This document shows positions 35,598 to 49,481 of a stretch of DNA of 64,000 nt, one piece after another (the stretch's first letter is position 1; each line of letters starts with the position of its first letter). A program made the translations under genes and the position numbers. This stretch comes from Podarcis filfolensis (lineage: Eukaryota). The notes beneath the pieces were generated by a model that was not told the origin of the DNA, searched no databases, and worked only from the letters and a program-made list of their open reading frames with translations. The DNA is taken from NCBI GenBank assembly GCA_964270895.1, contig OZ185435.1. One strand, given 5' to 3'.

Positions 35598-38500
35598 ATC
35601 TTAAAATGGTTTTCCTTGGTGTTGTCAAAGAGCCACATTCACAAATTACCAAAGGAAAATAATAATAATGTACTATCATGTGGGCTGTAAATTTTACTGA
35701 ATTCTCAAATTCTGATACTGGTTGCTTGCCAGAGCAATTTTGCTAAGTAGGCAATTGATAGCTGCCAACATCCATACCTAAACTAGGCATTTTAGCATAT
35801 CTGTGTGCTTCATTGTGTCCAATTGCTTGTATAGATAATTACTGTGTTTCTAAAAACAAGTTCTAACACAGCAGAATTGTGCCCTTATGTATAGAGCCTT
35901 GTTTAGTACTCTAAAATGTGTTCAGGATTTTTTGTGGTTCATCTTTGCTTTCCTTCCTACTGCAGCCAATCCAGGGAAGGTGATGTCATTTTGTCACCTG
36001 ATCTTCCCAAGGAAAATGAACACGCAAGAATTGGTCCTGGTGAAAGAGGAACAGATGTCAACTACTTGTAGTGGGGAGAGATGAAATGGTAAGTAAACTA
36101 GGGAACATCCTAAGAGAGAATACAAAGCCATGATAGAATTAAAAAGTCCTTACTTCTAAGAGAGGATGGGCCAAAGCATAGTCCCCCCCTCCCAGTTACG
36201 CTTCTTCAGTTCTGTGTGTTTCCTTACAAAGCCATAATAGCAGTTGTGTCTTCATAAGAGAAGGGTCAAAACTAGATGTGCTTATACAAATGATCAGTAT
36301 GCAAAACTGTATAATTTTTGCGTGTAAGATATATCTGACTGCCTTGCTCATGTTACATGTCTTGTATGGCTACTGGTGTTGAAAAAGTTGCCCATCCCCT
36401 AAAAACAAACTTGCAAGTGTATTTAAGTCTGGAGCTTAATCCAACAAGCTGTTGTGTTTGGCAGTCTCCCCTTTTTTTCCACCCCCAGAAAATCCTCCTT
36501 GTCCTTGTTAGAGCTTTGCAGATTTATTCAATCACTGAAATTAGATAGAGGAAAGAACCTTGTATGTCCTTTTAATGCCCTTGGCTTGGTTTGAATCTAG
36601 TACTAGAAACCTCAATTTCTTCACTGAAATTTGGGATTCACTGTTAAGTCCCTGGATTTCCCTTGAAATCAGCATAGATGGTAAACGCTTACACCCAAAG
36701 CTAGAACAAGCATACAGCAAAAGAAGAAGAAAATATAATAACTGCAATTCAGCATGTCAGTCGTGTTCAATACTTTCTGCTCCCCCATGAACAATGGGAG
36801 TGGTTTGTATTCAGTTTTCTTGTGGGAGTAAGTGGTGGATGCGACCATCTTTTTCCCGATAGCCCATCCACAGAAATATGCTTTTGGCATATTGGGTTTT
36901 GGATAACTACTTCTAGTTCTTTATGCCACCATCTGGAAGAGCAGATGGAGTAACTTGCCTAGTTTGAATGACCGCTGGGAGGAGCACAGAAAGAAGAAAT
37001 GACACAGTGAACTTGTAGCAGCAAAATCAGATGCCTTCATCTGCCCCACATGCAATTAAACATGTCTCTCCTCTATCGTTCTCTACAACCACAGCAGGTG
37101 CTTTAACTCTCCAGCAATAGCTACAGTTGTTTAGCCATTATTTCTAAACTGGTAAAATAATGGCATGTTCATTTATAAAATATAAACAATGGCTGGGTGA
37201 TAATAAGGAAACCCCCTACCCTCAATATGATTGTCACCATAACAAATATTTCCTGAGTATATGGATACGCACGGCAACACCACAAATGTCTAATTATAGT
37301 CTTACGTCCTTATTTTGGTATTTTCACAGCAGGTAAATGTAAGGGGACACCTGTTCATAAGCTTGCTTTACTTGCTTTAAGAGTGGTATTTGCATCAGAT
37401 GCTATGGTTTTGTTCAAGAATTGCCCAAAAAGTGGTGGGAGGTCACCTTGTAGTAAAAAAATAATGCTAATATTAAGCATTTAATTGGTGTATATTTGGT
37501 TATATACTGTAAATGTTCCATATAATGTTGAAGAATCGTGCATTAGAGGTTTTGCCATGAGGAGTGGTTGGGTTTGCACCGCAGTCATTATGGACACTTT
37601 AATAACTTCATTGCACAGGAATTTGCAGTTCTTCCAACATCAACTTAGGCTTGAAAGTTTGTAATTATGGCACCTACATTTGGATGAGCCTTGTTGGTAT
37701 TACACTGGGTTTTTTTAAGAACCCTTCAATCCATGTAATTGGGAAGAAAGGCTGGTATTTGACTGTAGGCTCTCAAAAGCTAACAAGAACAGCTAAATAC
37801 CTTTCTTTTTTCCCATTTCCCCCAACCTTCTAGTCCGAATGACAGAGTGCTGTCTTCCACGTTGTTACTTGATTTCACTGTTTTCTACCCACCATCTATA
37901 ACCCCAACCTTGTGCACACAATTTTGTCAAACGCTTATTGGGGTCCTTTCAATCTGCCTTGCCAACAGTGCAACCTATTACTTCTCTTTTTCCAGTCTTC
38001 ACTCCAGCTGCTGAAAATGATTGCCCCCTCACTTGCCCTCCTCCCAGTACTTGGCTTCTAGTCCTTTGATCTTTTTCTTTGCCATTCCTAGTAAGCAACC
38101 TGACCCTTTCACACCTTCTCTCTCACTCATTTTTTCCTCATCCTTCAGTCTTGCTTTCATCTTTTCCCTTCTTTGTTCACAAGCTCCCCAGTTCTTCCTT
38201 TCACTGAAGATTGCGTCCTTCCGCCTCCCCCCCCCCCAGCTAAGAAAAACACAGGAGCCAGAAAATGTCACCTTTAAAATTATTGTCCATTTCCAGCAGG
38301 TACTACATTGAAATCATTTTTCTCCAAGACACACTGACACAGCAGTATTTTTAGCTCCAGAAATAAGAATTTAAAGCATTAAATAGAAAAAAGCAGCTAT
38401 AGTAAGACAGCCTGTGATATAACCATTTCACATACTTTTATATAATATTGGCTAAACGTGTGAACATGAATTTGTCATTGTATACAAATTAATTCTATAT

Positions 38501-39227
38501 TACACACAGCTCCATTATCAATTTGGTTGCTTACTTTCATTTCAAGATGTGGATGTGGAAGCACAGTACTTTGTGCAACTCCACATTTCTATAAATATGT
38601 GATGAACAGACATTGTGCTACCTTCTGTGATATGGCTTAGCACAGAAGAGAAAATAATGATGAATGATTGCGTCTAAAGGACTCTGTGCCCTTAAAACAG
38701 CTTGCCTAACAATTTTCTCTCCTCCGCCTATCTTTCAGTATGTAGGTACAGAGAACATTCAAAACAGTACATTCTCACTAGCGCTTTCATGATCTCGCCA
38801 CAGCAGGGATCATTCACATTCTCAAAGGGGGGGACGGGATATTAGATTGCTTGCCATACAACAAAAGGGTATCCCTGGAGGTTTTAGCAAAGCCTGTGAC
38901 AATGCGTTCTCCACTATTGCTTTCTGGGGACTACAGTACCCATGGTATTTGGATGAGTAGGCGGCTCAGTAGCATAGATCACACTATGATGCCATCAGAC
39001 ACTATTGGCCAAGAACTGAGAGGCCTGTGGTTCAGAAGTGGAAACAACTATGCAGAGCCTTGTGGAAAAACTGCTGCACAAGAGGCAGGGAGGCAAGCAG
39101 AATCTGAATCAAAACTAGAATTCTATGGGGACTGTGTGGATAGGAGATGGAGCAAGGGGTAAGATTCTTCTCTGGCTTAGATACAAATATGGGCCAGAGA
39201 AGAATTTGAGGTCTGTAATGTAATGTA

Positions 39228-39584
39228 GGGACGCGGCTGGCATAGGGACGCAGGTGGCGTTGTGGGTTAAACCACAGAGCCTAGGACATGCCAATCAGAA
39301 GGTTGGTGGTTTGAATCCCCACGACGGGGTGAGCTCCCATTGCCCGGTCCCTGCTCCTGCCAGCCTCAAAGTGCAAGTAGATAAATAGGTACCGCTCCGG
39401 CGGGAAGGTAAACAGCGTTTCCGTGCGCTGCTCTGGTTCGCCAGAAGCGGCTTAGTCATGCTGGCCACATGACCAGGAAGCTGTACGACAGCTCCCTCAG
39501 CCAATAAAGTGAGATGAGCGCCGCAACCCCAGAGTCGGTCACGACTGGACCTAATGGTCAGGGGTCCCTTTACCCTTTACCTTT
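39228..39584 (+). mobile_element. Full-length Sauria SINE with duplicated 5' start
   Basis: gggacgcggctggcata + gggacgcaggtggcgttgtgggttaaacc...ggggtccctttaccctttaccttt; short TSD TAATGT. Confidence 0.95.
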
Positions 39585-40183
39585 AATGTTACCCTTGTAT
39601 TTAAGGGCATTATGAGTCCTAATGTGGAACTTAACTTACCTTGTTCCTCCATTTATATAGTCTGTTCCTATCTTCTTTTTCCAGAAATATTATTTCAGGC
39701 TTAGTGGAAGCCATTTTTAGGGAGCGGTAGAAATGGTCCAGAGCTCTTGGATATATTCTAAATTAAGTTTTTGTTATAATAACGTTTGTTGTAATTACTT
39801 CTGCATAACTCTTAACCTAGTTTCCACATTTGACAAAGGAAAAAATTGCCCTGCTTTGTTCTACAGAAATCAGCAGGTAAAGTTTTCAAACAACTGAAAA
39901 ATAAGCATAATTGCCTAGCCATGCCTGCATATCAAATTGCTGTTAAAGGCATGGGGGGAAGATGTGACAAAAACAAATTAGCAGCCTTACAATAATAAGA
40001 AAGAGGAGCAGTGGCAGCTGGTCCAATGAACAAGAAAGACAGATGCACCTCCCTTGCTTGTTTCCCTCTGCTTAATTACATTGCTTTGACATGTAGCTTA
40101 ACCAGGGCTGACTTAATTGTGGCAGCTAGAGTGGTGGCTGGGAGCAGCTGCCAGGACCATATAACACTGGTCCTAAAGGATCT

Positions 40184-40575
40184 TCACTGACTCCCGGTAC
40201 GTTTCCAAGCACAATTCAAAGTGTTGGTGCTGACCTTAAAAGCCTTAAACAGCCTTGGCCCAGTATACTTGGAGGAGCGTCTCCACCCCCATCGCTCAGC
40301 CCAGACACTGAAGTTCTCCTCCGAGGGTTTTCTGGCAGTTCCCACACTGCTAGGAGTGAGGTTACAGGGAACCAGGCAGAGAGCCTTCTTGGTAGTGGTG
40401 CCCTCCCTGTGGAGCGCCGTCCCATCAGATGTCAAGGAAATGAACAACTATCTGATTTTTAGAAGATATCTGAAGGCATATTTGATGCTAATATTTGATG
40501 TTTTAATATGTTTTATATGTACTGTAAGCCTGCCAGAGTGACTGGACAAACCCAAGCAGGTGGGTGGGGTATAAA

Positions 40576-40609
<34 letters not shown>
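40184..40609 (+). mobile_element. L2 LINE 3' fragment with (TAT)n tail
   Basis: Translation H.LPVRFQAQFKVLVLTLKALNSLGPVYLEERL...TRQRAFLVVVPSLWSAVPSDVK is the L2 ORF2 C-terminus. Confidence 0.9.
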
Positions 40610-42295
40610 TGCAGAAACATGATACTAACAACAATACAGTAGCTCCTGAAAAGCTCACTATATGATGGTTCTCATTACATGAATAGGAGATCACTTGTAG
40701 CTCCCAGCCACTTAGTAACTCCAGAATTTCCAAGCCCCATCTCCCCAAATTCCAAGTACGGTAGCTACTAACAAGTAGGAACTTTAGGCTCACTGCTATG
40801 TCGAAGAGACAAAATATACCGTTTTTCTGGTTCATTCTTACAGCTACTCAGATCTTAATCTGTAGATGCTTACTTTTGGTGTGCTACAGCATGGATTGTA
40901 TGTAAAAACATGACAAAACAGATACTAGTTATTACCTGCCTCTTATATCCTGCCTCTTTAATAACCCTGGTCTGTTAATACAGGTCCTGTGCCTTTAATC
41001 AGCTTCATAGAAGGTAAAAACAAAACAAAAGGCACAAGCTTCCCTGGCATGGAGAAGCAGGAAAAAGACTGACTACAATTAATTTCTCTCCACTAGAATA
41101 TTGTAAAAAATCTCAGGAAAAAAAGTAGCTAACAACCCTAAGGTGGTATTTTAAATTACTTCCATCTTACCAACTATATTTCATGCACTTTAACCCTCTG
41201 CTCCTGAAGTATACCCTGTCGGAGCTTAAACCAGAAGTATCTGGAAAATGAAGATTTTTAAAAAAAAATATTTTCAATGAAAGAATCGTTCCTATTTAGT
41301 ATGGGGTGTTAAAGGCACAATAGTTAAGAAGCTTTTGCAGCTTTCATTGCAGTCATTCTTGGGGTGGATTCGACTACATGAAAAGAAATGTCCTTTTTCT
41401 TTTCGTTTATCATACATTTCCCCAGTGAAAGAGTGAATCAAGAGATAACTTTCAGTTGTCATCTCAACAGCGGGTAAATAATGTTTACTTCACCTGTTTA
41501 GCATAATGCACAATTTCTATATGCTTCACCAAACATTTCTCTCCGTATAACAATGCAGTATAATCTGTTGACATTTTTGTTCATGCTCTTTTGTCAAACT
41601 GAGTTTTAGGTTTAGGTCTTATGTTATTTGCTATGATATTCATGCTATTTCATATTCACTCTTCGTCCTTTTTTAAAAGAAAACCATTCACTTGAAGGTT
41701 ATTACTTTGAAGCATCTATCACTTCTTCTTGAAAGGAGAGCCAGGGAAACATGATATTGACATTAGGTTTGTGATAAATTTAAAACTAGGAAGAAAAATC
41801 ATCATGCTGGCATTTCCTGAATGTGTCCCTCAATTTACCCCACTTGTCACCCCCTGATCCCACTTTACCTTTTCTAGTAGGGAGTGTAGTAATGCCACTC
41901 AAGTGCTTAAGGCTGAAATTATAACCCCACAGAGTTCTGTGCATGCAGAGTTCAAGGAGCCCTGGTTCAAATCTTTCTTTGGCTACAAATTACCTGTGAA
42001 CCCCATCCCACCCACGTACACACAATAGGAGGATTAATAATACAGCCTATAGCATGCAGATGATAATACAGACCTGTACAACCTTACTTGGAACTTGGAA
42101 GCAAGCCTCAATGAGCTTGGTGGGCTTATTTTCTGAGTTAACCAATCTAGAACCACGCTATAGCATTGTGTTGGCATTATGCATGCAATTTATTGCCAGG
42201 CACACACCTAACTCCTGTTGCTATTTATTATTATCTATCAGATTTTTTACCCACCCTTCGTTATGAAATCCGAAGGCAACTTACAACAACGGATG

Positions 42296-43240
42296 CTTAC
42301 CCCTTCCTGGGTGGGCATCTGTTGCGGCCTCTCGCGCTCGGCCGCCATCCCTGGTCCGTCAGAGCAGAGCGCACATGTCCGGGCAGCCATTAGGGAAATC
42401 CCCCTGGCTGCCTAGACATCTGGCAAGTTCCTGCCTGCTGCAGCATCTTAAATGGGCCAGTCAGTGGCCTCCCTTGTGGGTGTGCCTCGCAGTCTGGGAG
42501 GGCACTGGCTGCATAAAAGTCTGCAGCGCTGTCCAGCCTCAGCACAGTCAGCGGAGAAGCAAACAAAGCCCACCCACCATCTTCTTTATTTTCCAGGTCA
42601 ATTTCATTTTGTTCTAAAATGTTTTCTGCCTTTCAGGTTGCTGCTTTAACAATGCTCCATTCCTTCACTCACAGTTTAACCTTATTTTGTTTCCCGTGTA
42701 TCTCCTGACCTTGCTATGGTCGCACACGTTTGCCATATTTGGGGCCAGGAAGGAATTTTCCCTGTAGACAAATTGGCTGGTTTAGAGGTTTTGCCTTCCT
42801 CGCAGCAAGTTGTCTCAACTTTGGTGGTTAAAGCATTGGGTGGAATCCTAGTCTTCAAGTGTGGGGTGAAGTGGTGCATCACCCAATATGATCCAGCGGT
42901 GTTTTCAGGGTACCTCGTTAAAGGGGTCTTGGTGGGTGTCCCAGTCCTGCGGCCAAGCGTGCGGCAGATGGGCCTATAAGGCTTCCAGCGGCAGCCTTAG
43001 GATGGCCAACTCAGTAGACTGACATCTTGGAGAGGCCACAATCCTGGCACACACCTGCAGCAGTTCCAGTCCTCCAGCAGGAGGCTGGAATGGATACACC
43101 CAATTCCTGAGCCAAAATCCCACATACATTCTGTAATCAATAAAGTTGTGGCCAATATTAATCCAGATTGTTGTCCGCCTGAGTTATTAATCATTTATAG
43201 ACACTAATGAGGGGTGGGCAGCACTGCGACTGGGCCCGTA
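42296..43240 (+). mobile_element. Unclassified ~0.95-kb CpG-containing retroelement remnant (DIRS/Ngaro-like or LTR-like terminal repeat)
   Basis: CpG-rich block adjoining a minus-strand L2 tail; TATA-like CATAAAA 42512; AATAAAGTTGTGGCC at 43139; hairpins at 42382-42412 and 42747-42800; no TSD identified; boundaries approximate. Confidence 0.45.
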
Positions 43241-44623
43241 ATGTAAAAATACATTATTAAGATCAGTTTAAAAACATAACAGCTTCCTTAATGTGTAGGT
43301 AACAATCATATTGAACATATATTGCTTTCTTTGGTTCTTTTCGGCTAAAGACACAGGATGGAACTACAGAAATATTAACATACTAGAAGTTTCTTTGGGA
43401 ATCCAAAATGGTTTGGAAGTGGTTTATGCCAATGAAACACCATCTAATACTAAGGGTAGCCATGTGACCTACTTTCCCAAGGGTAGTCCTCTGTTTAAAG
43501 CATTGTCAGAGGACAGCCCTCCATTTGAAGGCATCCTCTATTAGAAGGAATGTCCAATCCAAGTCTGGTTTGAAGATTAGAAAACCATAAGAAGGCAGAG
43601 CAGCGACCTTGAACTTGTCCATCAACAGTTAGCACCTGGACATCAGACAGAGCAAGCACACAAGCCACCTGACTATAGGCTTCCCTGCTATGGTGACATG
43701 CATTATATTTCTATTTAAATTATAGTAATTATTTCCACATTTCCATCTCTACATATATATTTAGCACACTAATATTCTATGCAAAGCTCTGTTGCCTTTT
43801 GTCCTCTGCTTTGGTGCGGCATTCTCTTGTCTATGTGCAAATGGTCACCCTACCAATGGGTTAGAGAAGACAGGCAGCAGTAAGCATTCTCGGCAGCGTT
43901 TTGCAGCCCTCATCATAGGCAGCTTTTTCCCCCATAAAAGCAACACTTCTTGCTCCCCACAACTGTGATTAGAATTTTTCTTCCTGGTCATCTTTGTTTT
44001 ATCACTGCCACACCTTACTAACTCAAATTTCCTCTGCCCCACAAAAGAGTGAAAATGGCAGGTGTTATTGGAAAGAAACCTAGACGGTGTACAATAGATT
44101 TACATGACAGGGTAGAAACAACAGGACAAATCCATGCAGCCATGCCCATAGCATCAAGCAAACCTTAGACTCACTCATTTTATGGATATCTAGGAGATAG
44201 TGAAAGCCCTAAAATTTATCTAAAATACCTGTCCTACCCATGGAGTTTGAGGCTCCCCAACCCCACCCTGATGAAGTTCTCTTAACTCCTCACTAAGAAC
44301 CCCATGACCTTTTCAAGTGTCTCACTGTTTACTGCCAGCAAAGGCAGCTGACAGAATCAGTGCCTTTGTGAGGTAGAGCACCAGTTGCTAGGATACCTAG
44401 AGCTGCGAGGAAACAAAGGGCGCAGTCCTGAGTTAATGCAAGGGCCCATCTTGGGTGGAAGCAGCGTGAAGACCCCGATAAAGCCTGGTGTGACTGTCCC
44501 AAAACAGCAGCTGGGCGATCTTCACGAAGAGGCTGAGTCGTCTCAGCCTCCGGTAATACAGGACAGAACCACCCTGGGGGACAGAATTCTTAACCCACTT
44601 TGCTAATCTCCGACATCAATGAG

Positions 44624-44830
44624 GGGCAGATCCACACCACGAAAGCACATCCAACACACATTTAAAGCCCGGTTACTTCCCCCAAACAGTACCGGGAGCT
44701 GTAGTTTCCTGGCCCAAAGCTACCGTTCCGAGCACCTTTAACAAACTACAGTTCCCAAGATTTTTTGGCGGAAGTCGTGTGCTTCAAATGTGTGCTGGAT
44801 GTGTTTTAAATGTATGGTGTGGATCTGTCC
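44624..44830. mobile_element. MITE with long TIRs (Harbinger-like)
   Basis: gggcagatccacacca..aaagcacatccaacacacattt versus aaatgtgtgctggatgtgtttt..tggtgtggatctgtcc. Confidence 0.7.
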
Positions 44831-45209
44831 AAGGTCTGTTAGATGCAAGCCCAATGCCAAAGACTGGGGACAAATTTGTAGGGGAGACCAACATGAGATA
44901 GTGACAGTGCATGGATGGAAAGAATAGAGATAGGGTAGCTGGAATGGGGTGGCAGAGTTACAAAAATATATTTGCAAGTGCTTGTTGCTTGCTAAGTGGT
45001 CTGTGAAACTGCTTCTGTAAGACGTTTGCTCTATACAAATCCCCCAAGCCTTGCCTCATCAAGGCCTCTTCACTTCCTTGAGCTCCCTTTTATTTCTTTT
45101 GTATTTTGGTGAGGGTATGGCTGGGTGATCATTATATGCATTTATCCAAAGTTTCTACAACTGGAACCAATTATTCCTATCACCAGCAAAGGGAATATTT
45201 CATATCGCA

Positions 45210-45327
45210 AAGGGGTGGGTAATCTGTGGCCCTCCAAAAGCTGCTGGACTGCAACTCCCACCACTGGCTAGGGCTGATGGGAGTTGGAGCCAAGCACATC
45301 TGGAAGTCCATAGGTTTCGCATCACTG
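45210..45327. mobile_element. Palindromic hAT-like MITE
   Basis: aggggtgggtaatctgtggccctcc...gcaactccc / gggagttgg...catcactg. Confidence 0.65.
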
Positions 45328-46369
45328 ATATAGGACATACAATGTTATCCTATATGTGAGTGCCCATATATAGGGTGCCCAATTAGATTCAGTTGCAACC
45401 ATAGGATTGCAGCCACTGCAACAGCAGTAGCACTGCAGCTGTGGACACATGAATCATAGTCTATGACTGCCAAGTGAGAAAGAAATACTTTTGACATTCC
45501 CAGAGGAACAAGGCTTTCTCACAAGAGACACATTAGTCCTGCACTCATAGAGGAACATTCATTGTCCTATTGTCCTTAGCAATGGACCATGCTTTCTGCG
45601 GGAGGCTGACCTGTCATGTTGAAAACTATCATTGTATAGGATCTACTGTATTCAGAAATTCCTAAATTTTCCAATTCTGGAGAAACTGGGGTGTCCATAA
45701 GGGCTCAACAGTAGCTCTGTGTGTACTGATGGTCAGGGAATGCTAGCAGGGAAGAGAATCTAAATTACACCTGCTGGTCTCAACCTCTTCACTGAAAGTC
45801 TGAATTTGTACGTGGTGTACAGACACAGACTGTACAGACAGTCAGAGATCCTGCCTGCCTTTTGCAGATTTTTTGATTGTGCAAAAGATAGCTTGTCAGC
45901 CTTCACCTAGAAAGCACAACTACAATGGCGTATTGGACATGGTCAAGGGTGCATTCTTTTCATGAGTGATGATAATGGATGGGCCCAACAGGTGTGGACA
46001 GCACCTTAGATGCACTGATAATTCACTCTAGAAATCTGCACAATGTTCAGGGACTTCATAACAGGCACATAGAAGTTCATTACCAGACAAATTCAGCAGG
46101 GGGAGGATTCCCCAACAGTAGAAATGTAAAATCCACAATCATATAGCTACTGTTACACAAGGTTATAAAATACAAAGTGATTTAGTGAAATGAGTAAGAA
46201 CTCAAATGTAATAATTTTCAGTAAAAGGTTATGTGCTTTTCTTGCGTGGTACTGCCTGACTTCTGTTTTTCAACATTTTTATAGCACCACACAAGTTTAT
46301 AGGTTAAAGAAGAACTTTGACCGAAGGGTTGTTTCAATGGGTAATTGCAATGTGTTTTCCCACACTTAA

Positions 46370-46525
<156 letters not shown>

Positions 46526-47446
46526 TAAGTTTAATATTTTACTGTAAAAAACTGTATCCTTAAAACTGATACTATACTTAATAGTTTATAGGTTTACTTG
46601 TGGAATTCTATGTTTGTGGCATTTCCCTGGTACTTTTTGAGAACACACATTTTTCAGGCAAAGATGGGTAGCAATTATTTGGTATCAGGAATTAATGCAG
46701 CTTTCATTAAAGAATCACCAGTACCATTTTATGAAGAACTGCCCTATGCTTGCCACAAGGAACCCTGGGTGGAATAAGTTCAGGGAGCAAAATATCCCTC
46801 AAGAAACCCTAGGCTACAGTAAATAACAAATCCAGAGAAAATATATCCCCTGAAACCTACAGGAATATAGACCAACAGTCACACATGACTTTCATTTTCC
46901 CATGTGCAACATTTTCAAGTGGTTTTTGCAAAACGAAAACCAAAAACACCAAGATCAATGTGGGTGGGAGTATTGCAAAACTGTAGTATGTCAACAAAAA
47001 CTGCTATCACTGTCATAGCCAAATAATGAAAACTCTACTACCCAGCATACATAAGTACTACCCGCCTCAGTGAACAAGACAACCACATTTCAAATTAAGC
47101 AGAAATAATAGCTAGGCTGCAATCCTAACTCCTGGCCAGCAGTGGTAGAGTTTGATGGAGAAGCACAGCCAGTGGCACATCACCAGCCTCAGTGATCATA
47201 CAAGCTAAGGCAGAAGGCAGTGAGGGAGAGGAAATGCCCTTTTACTGCAAAGAGGCTACAATCAGGCCTGTTGCTCTCATGCGATTCCCACTCCTATCAG
47301 CTACCACCATGACAAGTGGGGAGAACCTTTGACCCTCCAGATGTTGTCAAACTCCAGCCAGTCCCAGCCACCATAGTCAATGCTCAGAGATAATGAGAGT
47401 TCCAGACCAACAATATTCAGAAGATCACAGGCTTCCTACCCTTATA

Positions 47447-47564
47447 CAGTGGTACCTTGGTAGTCTCCTGCAGCTAATCGGAAGCCGAGCCTTGGTTTTC
47501 AAACGGATTTGAGAGTCGAACAGACTCCCAGAACGGATTAAGTTTAAGAACCAAGGTACTACTG
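47447..47564. mobile_element. Internally deleted Tigger-like MITE
   Basis: TA|CAGTGGTACCTTGG ... CCAAGGTACTACTG|TA. Confidence 0.85.
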
Positions 47565-47786
47565 TATTACAATATCCCACCTTTCCTCATTGTAGGAAGG
47601 CAGCTTACATAGTTTCCAGGCTGTCCCCTATCCATCACTAACCAGAACTGAGCTGCTAAATTTCAATAAGGATGCTGTGTCAGGTGCCTTCAGGCTATGT
47701 CCTTTTGATATGCGTACTTTATGAGTTTTCACTGTTGAGCTTTAATATGTCATTTATAAACTTGAAAATAAATAGCCAAATTCTAG

Positions 47787-48125
<339 letters not shown>

Positions 48126-48344
48126 TAACTATTACAAGATGTCAAGTTTACAAGACTTCTGCCAAAGTACGGAGACTATTTAAAGATTATTGCTCTTCAT
48201 AATTCCTTTACTTTTATTACATTCAAGCCTAGTTCCACAACCTTCCTGATACACATAGGTAAGCAATACTTTGTGCACGCTCAAATTTTAAACACTGACT
48301 TCATTTGCACCTCATGGTAAACAACAATTCATGTATTACTCTGA

Positions 48345-48603
48345 ATGTGCCAATCTGAGCTGCTTTGCTCCTCCCCTGGGGAGAAATAAACCATGGCTTA
48401 ACATTACATGCAAACCAGAGATCATGGTTTGTTTTGCTCCAAGCAAGCCACAGTCTGCAACCAAAGTTTGTACTTAGCATATTGATTGTGGTTTGTTTGG
48501 AGCACTACAAACCACAACCCTGGTTTGGACATAATGCTAAGCCAAGAATTGTGGTTTGTTTCCCTTCCGTGCCAGGGAGAAGCAAAGCAACCCAGATGGT
48601 CAT
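48345..48603. mobile_element. Foldback MITE in ROPN1 intron
   Basis: atctgagctgctttgctcctcccctgg versus ccagggagaagcaaagcaacccagat; internal aaacca/tggttt arrays. Confidence 0.7.
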
Positions 48604-49052
48604 GTTTATAGTAAGTCATCAGTTATAGTTCACCACCCTGTGAGAACTCAAACAATGAATAAAGATGACAACTTACAAAGTAGTAACTTGCTTGTCATTC
48701 TCTGCATGCAACCACATAAGAAGCAAGCCATTTATACTAGGACTTGGGGATTTCTATCTGGCCCTCAGGTTTCTCCACAGGCCACTCCACCCACTTTTGC
48801 TTTGGTCCTGCCCACTGCTAGCATGTTGCCCTCAGAAGATTGCCTAAAAGGGAATTGAAAAGGGTTCCCTACCCATTATTTATACCATCCTCTCAAATGT
48901 TCTCATCCCCTTGTTACACAGAAGAAAAGGGAGAATCAACATGATAAAGTTCTCTTCAGCAGCATGACCAGCTTCTTTCTGTAACTGTAAGCACAATGCA
49001 ATGCAATCAATTACTCCAATGTTTAGTTCATCAATACCCAGTTATAGCCCGG

Positions 49053-49481
49053 CACAGAAGCCAACTCCAGGGGACCTTGGGTGCTTGGGCACCCACAATA
49101 ATATAATTGTGGGGGCCGAGCACCCACAAAGTCAATGAGCAGAGCTGGAGAGAGGCAGCCAGCTAGCCTCTGTGGTGCTGCCTCAGAGAGAGAAGCAGTT
49201 CAGCTCCACCCTGCACAGTCAGCAAGCGAGGCACCCTTTTCCAGTGCGGGGGCTCGGACATGGAGGCAGTCTCTCTGCTTCTGAGTCCATGCCCCTCCGT
49301 GCAGAAAAGGAGGAAGAGGAGCAGCCGATGCTGCAACATGGATGTGCAACATCACGTATACATACTTGCAGATGGTGCATGTGATGTCACACACACAACG
49401 TGCAATGTTGTGTTCATTTTTGGAGGAGCCCACATTACAGCAATGGGCATCCACAATCCTGAGGGTAAGATGCCGCCCCTG
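49053..49481. mobile_element. hAT-like MITE
   Basis: gggcacccacaa subterminal motifs, end gccgcccctg; possible TSD TAGCCCGG / TAGCCCAA. Confidence 0.5.

Noticed and set aside
38851-39162. 103-aa ORF ending at a GTAAGA donor
   Set aside because: No recognisable homology; weak acceptor.
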